Sequence record: SRR31156797_5293
Direction: 5' to 3' (one strand)
Length of the DNA: 33,356 nucleotides
This document shows positions 26,344 to 33,356 of this stretch, one piece after another (the stretch's first letter is position 1; each line of letters starts with the position of its first letter). The notes beneath the pieces are model-generated. The model saw only the letters and a program-made list of their open reading frames with translations. It was not told where the DNA came from and ran no database searches. The translations under genes were made by a program, and so were the position numbers.

Positions 26344-28573
26344 CGTCTGCCTCCTTTCTCAGCAAGCTGTCTACCCATTCTTGGAGGGCTACTGTGGAAC
26401 GCAGCTCTGAAAGATTGCTTACTTGATATATCACTTGATTTTCTTTTGGCTGAAGCGTCGCTTTTTCAGCGTGAAGCACAAGATTACTGATCGGTAAGTT
26501 TAGATGGACCGGCATCTCGACCTCCTCTGTTTTTGCCAACGTGAACTGATCAAAACCAAATATTGTGACCGCATAGGTTCCTTCATCAAAGTGCCATTTT
26601 TGATCAATGGTCAGTATGGGCACTCGTTGAGGCGGCAATGGCTTTTGTTTGGCTTGCAGCAGATGCTTACCGAGATTTTCAAAAAGACTGTCAAAGAAGG
26701 TCATCCACGGATCCCGCAGAACCGGCAGGCTTTGATTGAAGCCATCATAAATGATCTGCAGATAGGCTAAGTAATCTTTTTCTGTCAACTGGTTTAAAGC
26801 AACGCCATAGACCCAACGATCCTTGCCTGAAAAGACGCGGACAATATTTCCAGTCATCTCTGCTTGGTAGCCATTACGGGTGATTTTAAAAGTCAGCGGC
26901 GCATCTGGCGGAAAATAAAGAGGAACGTCAGAAACGAAGGACAAGCCATTTTCTGAGATATTTTCTGTCATCAAAGAATAGCTGGCGTCTTGGTCGGAAA
27001 CTTCAACAGGATAATGGGCTCTGAACCGTTCCGTCGTTCGATAAATCGGACGACCGAGATAAAATAAGACCGCAAAGGTTAAGTTAAAGAAATGGGTCAG
27101 CAGCCAAAAGGTCAACACACTGCCGTAGAAAATCTCTGAGCCGAATTTGCCGTAATTAAACTTCACTAAGCCGATAATCGTCAAAATCAACAGCAACAAA
27201 TGCGGCACCACAAACAACAAGTCTTTTTTAGACTGAGTTGCTGCTTTATTAGTCACCTTGAAGCGGGTCTCTTTGATGCCAATGGCTTGCAAAAAGACAG
27301 GAATCACTAGGTAAGGTGCAAAAATCGTTTCCTGGATCTCGCCCCAACGCTGCGTTCGAATATCACTGCTCAAATCCTGCATCGCCAAATGCAAGAACGT
27401 ATAGCTTGGCAGCCAAAACAGCAGCAAGACCCAAAAGTTTGTCTCTACGACCCTTACATTAAAGACGGTGTACAAAATCGGCGCGAAAATAAATAGTAGC
27501 CGTCGTAGAAACGACCACCAATACAAATAGCTGTTTAAGAAAACCATTTTTTGCGCCAAAGACAACGTCTTATTCTTAAAAAGATGGAGATTGTGGACAC
27601 TTTGGACCACTCCTCTTCCCCAGCGAATCCGCTGCTTTAAGGCACTTGGGATATCAATTGGAGACAGACCGCTGGCCATTGGCTGCAGTGTTGATAAACT
27701 GCGATAACCTTGGCAATTGATCAAGGCGCCTAATTCAAAATCTTCCGTGATCGTGTCCGTCGGAAATCCGCCAGCGGCTTCGATCGCTTCTCGTGCAATC
27801 ACCGTATTAGAACCTGTATAAATAGCGGTATCATGGGCGTTGTTCAAAACATTGACTTCTCTGGAAAAGAAGTCCTGCTCGTTAGGGATCGCCGCTTCTG
27901 AAAAAAGATTGTACTGAAAAAGATCCGCGTTGTAAAAACTTTGCGGTGTTTGAACAAAGCCCAACGGTTTGATGGTCTGGTCATTGCGGCGTTCCTGCTG
28001 ATTTGCCACAAAATATGGCACTGTTTCCAGCAAAAAATCTGAGTAAGGAATCATATCTGCATCAAAGGTCGCCACTAGCGGCGAATTGGTTTTTGATAAT
28101 GCATGATTGAGATTGCCTGACTTGGCATGCTGATTGCCGATCAATCCGATATAGCCGATGCCAAATTTATCTGCCAGTGCTTTGACCTCTGGACGGTTGG
28201 TGTCATCTGACAAATAGATGTGAACTTTTTTGGGATCGGGGTATTTCATATGAACTGCCGCATTGACCGTTTTTAATAAAAGCGGCACTTCTTCATTATG
28301 AGTAGCAATCAACACATCGATCGCCGGATAGTCGGCTTCTGGCACGACCGGTTTTTCAAAGGGCTTTGCTTTGTTTTTGTTCCAAATCAACAGCAAGCCC
28401 GTAAAGTTCGATACGATCTCACTGCCCCAAAGCAGCAAACCAAACAGCAAGGCAAACCAAGACTCGTGCCATGGCAATGTATACAGCCCCCGCCATGATA
28501 AATAGATCAGCGAAAAGACAAACGCCAGAAAGTAAACGACTTTTTTCGCCCAAGGCAAACGTTTTTGTTCCAC
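26318..28573 (-). CDS. bcsA: BcsA-like processive GT2 glycan synthase with C-terminal PilZ domain
   Basis: HAKSGNLN, FDAD, QTPQ, TED, QRIRW, gating loop FKVTNK; PilZ RTTER and NISENG. GTG 28573 is preferred as start (AAGGAG 8 nt upstream); the ORF track starts at 28582. Confidence 0.88.
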   Translation of the reverse strand: MEQKRLPWAKKVVYFLAFVFSLIYLSWRGLYTLPWHESWFALLFGLLLWGSEIVSNFTGLLLIWNKNKAKPFEKPVVPEADYPAIDVLIATHNEEVPLLLKTVNAAVHMKYPDPKKVHIYLSDDTNRPEVKALADKFGIGYIGLIGNQHAKSGNLNHALSKTNSPLVATFDADMIPYSDFLLETVPYFVANQQERRNDQTIKPLGFVQTPQSFYNADLFQYNLFSEAAIPNEQDFFSREVNVLNNAHDTAIYTGSNTVIAREAIEAAGGFPTDTITEDFELGALINCQGYRSLSTLQPMASGLSPIDIPSALKQRIRWGRGVVQSVHNLHLFKNKTLSLAQKMVFLNSYLYWWSFLRRLLFIFAPILYTVFNVRVVETNFWVLLLFWLPSYTFLHLAMQDLSSDIRTQRWGEIQETIFAPYLVIPVFLQAIGIKETRFKVTNKAATQSKKDLLFVVPHLLLLILTIIGLVKFNYGKFGSEIFYGSVLTFWLLTHFFNLTFAVLFYLGRPIYRTTERFRAHYPVEVSDQDASYSLMTENISENGLSFVSDVPLYFPPDAPLTFKITRNGYQAEMTGNIVRVFSGKDRWVYGVALNQLTEKDYLAYLQIIYDGFNQSLPVLRDPWMTFFDSLFENLGKHLLQAKQKPLPPQRVPILTIDQKWHFDEGTYAVTIFGFDQFTLAKTEEVEMPVHLNLPISNLVLHAEKATLQPKENQVIYQVSNLSELRSTVALQEWVDSLLRKEADDDRDPAAI

Positions 28574-28578
28574 CTCAA

Positions 28579-29619
28579 TCACTCCTTAAAGATGACATTT
28601 TTTTGCACATGGTAACTAAAGAAAAAGAGCAGGCAATCGACGCCTATTTTTAACAACACAGAATCTCCGATCGGTAGGATCAAATAAATCAGGTAGACGA
28701 GAAAAGAGGACAGCAAAATCTGTACGATCACCAATAAAAAATACTGCAGCATACTGTTCTTTGTCCGTTGACCAAAAACAAGCTCGCGATTGATGTAGTA
28801 ATTGACGATCGCCGAAATCAATCGGGCACCCAACGAAGCGATCACGATGGAGGACAGATTGATGACAGACAAGAAATGGATCAATAACGCATAAGCGATC
28901 ACATCGACAAAAAAGGAGACCACAGATGAAAACAAATACTTCAAAAAGACGCTATAGATAGCGACGGAATCTGCCAAGACCCGAAAATGGGAAGAGGCAT
29001 TTTCTTCAATATAGATGGTGGCGATCGGTTGCGAGAGAATCGGCCATCCCCGTTTCTGGGCTTCGATCAGCATCCGCGTTTCATATTCAAAGCGCTCACC
29101 TGAGATCGCCAACAAATCTGTCATGAATTTCCGAGGGAAAACCCTTAAGCCCGTCTGCGAATCCTCGATGGCAAGACCAGTCGCTAAACGTAGGATATTT
29201 CGGGTCAAAATGTTGCCGAACTTACTCCGCAAAGGCACTTCTTTGCCAAAGGATCGGGTCCCTAAAATAATACTGTCCGGATGGGCTTGGGCCTTTGCTA
29301 AGCAAGCCATCATATCGGTATACTCATGTTGCCCGTCCGAATCAATGGTCACCATAAATTCAACAGCTGGCTGGTTTGTCAGCACTTCAATGAGAGCGGT
29401 TTTGATGGCTGCGCCTTTTCCCTGATTCTTTGGATGGGTCAAAACCTGACAACCAAACTTCTGTTCCAATGCCGAAAAGACGGGCTGATAAGCTGCCCCA
29501 CTGCCATCATCCACGACCAAAATCGGCAGGTGCTGGTTATGCAAACGAATTTTCTCCACCAGAGCCAGCAGTTTGTGGTCCGGTTCTAGCGAAGGAATCA
29601 TGATTAAACTATTTTCCAT
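28579..29619 (-). CDS. Bifunctional GT2 (polyprenol-phosphate glycosyltransferase-like) / GtrA-family protein
   Basis: VVDDGS, NQGKGAA, DSDGQH, DSQTGLR, RFEYE, then a C-terminal 4-TM GtrA-like domain (NYYINRELVF). Confidence 0.88.
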   Translation of the reverse strand: MENSLIMIPSLEPDHKLLALVEKIRLHNQHLPILVVDDGSGAAYQPVFSALEQKFGCQVLTHPKNQGKGAAIKTALIEVLTNQPAVEFMVTIDSDGQHEYTDMMACLAKAQAHPDSIILGTRSFGKEVPLRSKFGNILTRNILRLATGLAIEDSQTGLRVFPRKFMTDLLAISGERFEYETRMLIEAQKRGWPILSQPIATIYIEENASSHFRVLADSVAIYSVFLKYLFSSVVSFFVDVIAYALLIHFLSVINLSSIVIASLGARLISAIVNYYINRELVFGQRTKNSMLQYFLLVIVQILLSSFLVYLIYLILPIGDSVLLKIGVDCLLFFFSYHVQKNVIFKE

Positions 29620-29679
29620 ATGCGCCCCTCATTTAAGGTAGTATTTTTGAAAATAAAAAAAGAAAAGAAGCCAACCCCA

Positions 29680-30732
29680 TCAGTAAAGACAGAGTTGGTC
29701 GCGACCGCTGCGCTTGGCTCGATACAATGCTTGATCGGCACGTTCTTGCGTTTGCTGTAGCAACTCACCCCTTTGCCGTTGTGCGATCCCAATCGACAAC
29801 GTGATGCTGACCGAATCACCGGCATCCAAGATGATTTCTTGGTAACGGATGCGCTTTTGAATTTTTTCAAGGAGATAAGCAGCAGCCTGTGCGTCTCCTT
29901 GGATCAAGATCGCAAACTCTTCCCCACCGATGCGATAGACCGGATTGCTCGCCGTACAGTAGGTCGAAAAAATACGAGCGATTTCTTGCAAAATCACATC
30001 CCCGGCACGGTGTCCGTAACGGTCATTGTAATTTTTGAAATGATCGATATCGATCAAAGCGATCGATAAGTCCACATCGGTCGTATCTAGGCGTTGGCGG
30101 TCATCTTGAAACTTACGGAAGTTATTCAACTGCGTAAGATCATCGATTTTGACCAATGCCAAAATGCGCTGCATATCATTTACTATCGAGTAAAGGAAAA
30201 ACGCCAACGTATAGGCGAGAATGCCATAAACTATATAAATTAGGGTCGTTTTTTGAATATCACCCGTCAAATAAAAACCAAAAAGAAAGGAGATAGCGAT
30301 CAAGTAGGTTATTGATAGGAACAACTCTTGTTTGTCAGTAAATCGCCGTTTGGCCCAGGCATGCAGAAATGTCAGTGTCACCATCAAAAAAAACGTAAGA
30401 TATAAGTTCAGCCAAGAAGATTTTGATACTTCAAACAAGAAACGCCCTAACGCTAGATTGACCATCGTCGGTACGGTCACCTTCCACCCCAGATATTTCA
30501 TGGAAAAAGCGTAAAGTAAAAAGCGCAGGTCAAATCGCGTTTCGTATACGACGTAAGAGAAATTCATCATCAGCATCCCCACCACGGTTTCACAAGCAAT
30601 CGCCGCTGCGATCTGTTTCGCTTTGAATGTCCCTTGACCTACGAAGCCATCACTGATTTTGAATAACAAATAAATATTGATGATAATTGCGCCTAAATTT
30701 GCGAGTGTATTGACAACCAGCGTATTTGCCAT
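29680..30732 (-). CDS. Membrane-anchored diguanylate cyclase (GGDEF domain)
   Basis: N-terminal 5-6 TM region with FDLRF; DDLTQLNN, DIDHFKNYNDRYGH, RIGGEEF, ADQALYRAK. Confidence 0.93.
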   Translation of the reverse strand: MANTLVVNTLANLGAIIINIYLLFKISDGFVGQGTFKAKQIAAAIACETVVGMLMMNFSYVVYETRFDLRFLLYAFSMKYLGWKVTVPTMVNLALGRFLFEVSKSSWLNLYLTFFLMVTLTFLHAWAKRRFTDKQELFLSITYLIAISFLFGFYLTGDIQKTTLIYIVYGILAYTLAFFLYSIVNDMQRILALVKIDDLTQLNNFRKFQDDRQRLDTTDVDLSIALIDIDHFKNYNDRYGHRAGDVILQEIARIFSTYCTASNPVYRIGGEEFAILIQGDAQAAAYLLEKIQKRIRYQEIILDAGDSVSITLSIGIAQRQRGELLQQTQERADQALYRAKRSGRDQLCLY

Positions 30733-30750
30733 TTCCTGTGCTTCCTTTCT

Positions 30751-30837
30751 AAAAAAAAGAACCCTTACTTGCTGATTCGACGGGACAATTCCAGAGACAT
30801 TTCATTGGAAAAGCGGACAAAGCATCAAGTAAGGATC
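30751..30837 (-). promoter_or_regulatory. Structured 5' leader / terminator-like hairpin directly before the cyclase RBS
   Basis: GAUCCUUACUUG / CAAGUAAGGGUU 12-bp stem (two G-U pairs, minus strand only), inner UUCCA/UGGAA stem, then C-U8 abutting AGAAAGGAAG. Confidence 0.55.
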
Positions 30838-31064
30838 ACTATTTATTATTGACAGTTTTTATCACTCTTGATTTAGAATAATTTACCAGAAATTATACAT
30901 AGTTTCAATCTTTTTGTTGATATGCGAAGATTCTCAAGATAAATAAAATAATCAAAATGTATATTTTGTAAATAAATAACATTATTTCTTTATTATTACT
31001 AACTTTTTGTGCATAAAAATTTAATTCTTTGTGAATTTGTGTAAATTATTTTTCCATTATTTTT

Positions 31065-32174
31065 TTACGTCTCAGGCAAGGTGCACACCCGATTTCGGCC
31101 ACTTTGTTTTGCGAGATAGAGTGCTTGATCGGCTCTTTCGACGGCTGCCAAGATATCCCCATGACAAACGGTGCTCGCTTCAACGCCGCAAGACAAAGAC
31201 ATCGTCCCTTTTTCAAAATTAGCCACAGGAAACATACTGCTGGAAATGGTTTGACACAGCGTCGTCATTGCAGCTACGGTCCGTTCTTTGACATCCCCTT
31301 CGATCACGAGACAGAACTCTTCGCCGCCATAACGATAAAAGGAATAGGTCTCGGCAAAATGCGCCTCTAAAAAAGTAGTCGTCCGTGAGGCAAAGGTTCT
31401 CAACAACTCATTTCCGGCGATATGACCATAACGGTCGTTGACCTTTTTGAAGTGATCGAGATCAATCATGGCGATCGTCACAGTCTTTTTCTGTGAAACG
31501 GCTTGAAGCAGATCCTGGTTATAGGTCCCATAGTTGAAGCAGCCGGTCAACGCATCGATCTTACTATTCGCCAGCTCTGCCAGTACTTGGTATTCTTGCC
31601 CCTCAATCAATCGATGCAACCACATAAAACTTCCTAGCAGCACGAAAGAACCAACAAATACTGCCAGCATAGCTTCCCAGTCATAGGTCGTCGTATGATG
31701 GACTAGCATCGAAAAACGCGGTGAGAGCAGGCAGGTCAAAAAATACATCATATAAAATTGCTGTTGCGGACGGATCAGCTTGACTTTTGATAAAAGAAAA
31801 TCAAGGACAAAGATCCCCACTCCGAATAATGGAAGATAAAAAGCTTTACCCACATCAGAAAAACCGACAAACCACAAATAAAAGACGACCATACACGGCG
31901 TTATCAAAATCAAGATCTTGCCACGATCACCATAGAAAAAATGACTCGCAATAAAAGCAGTTGTGTATTGATAACAGATAAACCCAACTGAATTCATTGA
32001 AAAAGAAAGAATAAAATACAAATGCGTAAACGTCAGAATACCAATAATAAAATACTTAAATGGACGAGAAACCGATATTTTTTGCACACTTCGTACAAAA
32101 ACATCTGCGGTCACCAGTAAACTGGCAATCATCAGCGGCAAACCAAACGCCAAAAGCACGCCTCGTTCTAACAT
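31065..32174 (-). CDS. Second membrane-anchored diguanylate cyclase (GGDEF domain)
   Basis: About 6 TM segments at the N-terminus; DALTGCFN, DLDHFKKVNDRYGH, RYGGEEF, ADQALYLAK. Start ATG 32174 is 4 nt after the EAL stop. Confidence 0.92.
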   Translation of the reverse strand: MLERGVLLAFGLPLMIASLLVTADVFVRSVQKISVSRPFKYFIIGILTFTHLYFILSFSMNSVGFICYQYTTAFIASHFFYGDRGKILILITPCMVVFYLWFVGFSDVGKAFYLPLFGVGIFVLDFLLSKVKLIRPQQQFYMMYFLTCLLSPRFSMLVHHTTTYDWEAMLAVFVGSFVLLGSFMWLHRLIEGQEYQVLAELANSKIDALTGCFNYGTYNQDLLQAVSQKKTVTIAMIDLDHFKKVNDRYGHIAGNELLRTFASRTTTFLEAHFAETYSFYRYGGEEFCLVIEGDVKERTVAAMTTLCQTISSSMFPVANFEKGTMSLSCGVEASTVCHGDILAAVERADQALYLAKQSGRNRVCTLPET

Positions 32175-32178
32175 TCCA

Positions 32179-32886
32179 TCACAATCGCTCTCCTTTAGAC
32201 CATAAATATCCTTGTTGCAAATGCACCCCCATCTCAAGCAACTGGACCATTTTTTCGCGGTTCTCGATCCCTTCAACGATCAGCTCAAGCTGATATTTTT
32301 GGGCAACCTTCAACCAACAAGCCAAAAAGCTGAAGCCAATCTCCTCATCAAGCTGAATAAACGGTAACAACGAAAATTTCAAACAATCAACGCTGGCAAG
32401 ATTGGCAAAGACCAACGAGAGGGTATTTTGTCCGCAACCGATATCATCGACCGCAATCACATAACCATAAGCTTTAATTTTTGCAATGGCTACAGACAAA
32501 TCAAATGACTCTTGCTGTATGCGTACGGGGTGTTCCGTCAATTCAATCTGCAACTGCGCCTTATAAACAGCCATCGTTTCAAAAAAGGACCACGTAGACT
32601 GCCACAGCAGCTGTTGTGGATGTATATTGACACTAAAGCGGGTTTCCGGCTTTTTTTTGCATAAACGCCGCAATTCCTTGGCATACCATCTCATCAATTG
32701 CTGATTGCCACTTTCAGTTTGAATCATTGTGCTGAATTCTTGCTGTGGAAATCGGTTGTTCTTCTCGCTACGTAGCAAGACTTCATAGCCATTCACCTCT
32801 TGCTGACTTAGCGATTTTACCTGCATGATTGGTTGACACAACAGATAAAGGCGGTCTGTGTTCTCCCAAGTCGTTTCATTTCCCAT
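32179..32886 (-). CDS. Stand-alone EAL-domain c-di-GMP phosphodiesterase
   Basis: QPI, YEVLLR, SVNI, IELTE, AVDDIGCG, LKFS, VEGIE, QGYLW. Start at ATG 32886 preferred. Confidence 0.92.
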   Translation of the reverse strand: MGNETTWENTDRLYLLCQPIMQVKSLSQQEVNGYEVLLRSEKNNRFPQQEFSTMIQTESGNQQLMRWYAKELRRLCKKKPETRFSVNIHPQQLLWQSTWSFFETMAVYKAQLQIELTEHPVRIQQESFDLSVAIAKIKAYGYVIAVDDIGCGQNTLSLVFANLASVDCLKFSLLPFIQLDEEIGFSFLACWLKVAQKYQLELIVEGIENREKMVQLLEMGVHLQQGYLWSKGERL

Positions 32887-32996
32887 CTTCGTTAAGCCCC
32901 CATCTAGTAAAGTTATCACTTCCGAAAATCGGCAATATTCCTGTCATCGCTCGTTTCTCATGCTATAAAATGGTTCTCTCAAAGGAACTGATTTGC

Positions 32997-33179
32997 CTAA
33001 GTATACCAAACAGAACCAAAAATGCCCAAATATTTTAAATTCTCTGAAAGAAATTTCTGTGAAAGAATCGACTGTGATTTTCCGTTCCACTCCATACCTG
33101 TTTCATAGAAATGCCCCAAAGCAACCATTGCTTTTTTCAATTTCGTAGAAACTAGCTTGTTGAAAGTGGCTTCTTCCAT
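32997..33179 (-). pseudogene. 60-codon small ORF, probable frameshifted Sel1-like repeat remnant
   Basis: AGGAGG RBS at 33185-90. AMVALGHFYETG followed by (G)VER in a shifted frame matches the Sel1 pattern A..LG..Y..G.GV. Confidence 0.4.
33000..33029 (-). promoter_or_regulatory. Putative sigma-A promoter of the EAL-GGDEF pair
   Basis: TTGGGC-18-TATACT with an extended -10 (TGgTATACT at 33000-33008). Confidence 0.45.
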
Positions 33180-33235
33180 ATCAGCCTCCTGTTTCTTTAA
33201 GTACTTATAAAAAAACACGATTCTTTTTAAATAAC

Positions 33236-33267
33236 AAAAAAACAGCAAGAGTGCTTGCTGTTTTTTT
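33236..33267 (-). terminator. Intrinsic terminator after the tRNA
   Basis: AAAAAAACAGCAAG-N4-CTTGCTGTTTTTTT perfect inverted repeat. Confidence 0.85.
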
Positions 33268-33283
33268 CTACGTATCTCTTTGA

Positions 33284-33355
33284 CTGGGGTAGCTGGATTC
33301 GAACCAACGCATGACGGAGTCAAAGTCCGTTGCCTTACCGCTTGGCTATACCCCA
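33284..33355 (-). tRNA. trnQ: tRNA-Gln (anticodon TTG), CCA not encoded
   Basis: TGGGGTA/TACCCCA acceptor stem, D-arm GCCAAGCGGTAAGGC, anticodon arm ACGGA-CTTTGAC-TCCGT, T-loop GGTTCGAATCC. 72 nt. Confidence 0.97.
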
Positions 33356-33356
33356 A

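Noticed and set aside
30781-30830. c-di-GMP-I riboswitch-like words (GGACAAAGC) near the cyclase
   Set aside because: On the non-coding strand and lacking the GGCAAA / GNRA / GACGCAAAG architecture.
30849-30879. Plus-strand TTGACA...TAGAAT antisense promoter
   Set aside because: 19-nt spacer in very AT-rich DNA; chance match likely.
31029-31046. Rex-like TTGTGAA half-site
   Set aside because: The right half matches only 3/7.
1046-32293. Many 60-170 aa ORFs antisense to or nested in real genes (e.g. 3055-3489, 6538-7044, 29015-29425, 29604-29870)
   Set aside because: Shadow frames of well-supported genes with no recognisable motifs.
32997-33356. 119-aa ORF in the track
   Set aside because: Its 5' half reads through the tRNA-Gln and its terminator. 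Only the ATG at 33179 has an RBS.
1-33356. tRNA-anchored genomic island, IS, prophage or CRISPR array
   Set aside because: No integrase or transposase ORF, no second copy of the tRNA 3' end, and no regularly spaced repeats seen by eye.

Overview
Low-GC Firmicute chromosome segment, Enterococcus-like by protein style. The casseliflavus/gallinarum group is suspected but cannot be proven from this window. Almost all genes are on the minus strand, downstream of a tRNA-Gln(TTG) at the right edge. There are four modules, right to left. (1) A c-di-GMP/exopolysaccharide locus: stand-alone EAL, two membrane GGEEF cyclases, a GT2-GtrA fusion, a BcsA-like synthase with PilZ, and a 609-aa polytopic membrane protein that looks GT-C-like. 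(2) A PRD regulator, Fru-family PTS, GH38 mannosidase and GRP transporter. (3) L-rhamnose catabolism (rhaBAD-fucO, AraC) next to a cytoplasmic GH106-like hydrolase co-transcribed with a beta-glucoside PTS and a second AraC. (4) A split PRD regulator, Fru-family PTS, AlsE-like epimerase and the start of transketolase. The best candidate for an undescribed system is module 1: a c-di-GMP-gated beta-glucan synthase with no bcsB/bcsZ/bcsC here, flanked instead by an apparent three-component lipid-carrier glycosylation set and preceded by an attenuator-like leader hairpin. No CRISPR array, integrase or transposase was seen. All family calls come from motifs read by eye; no searches were run.
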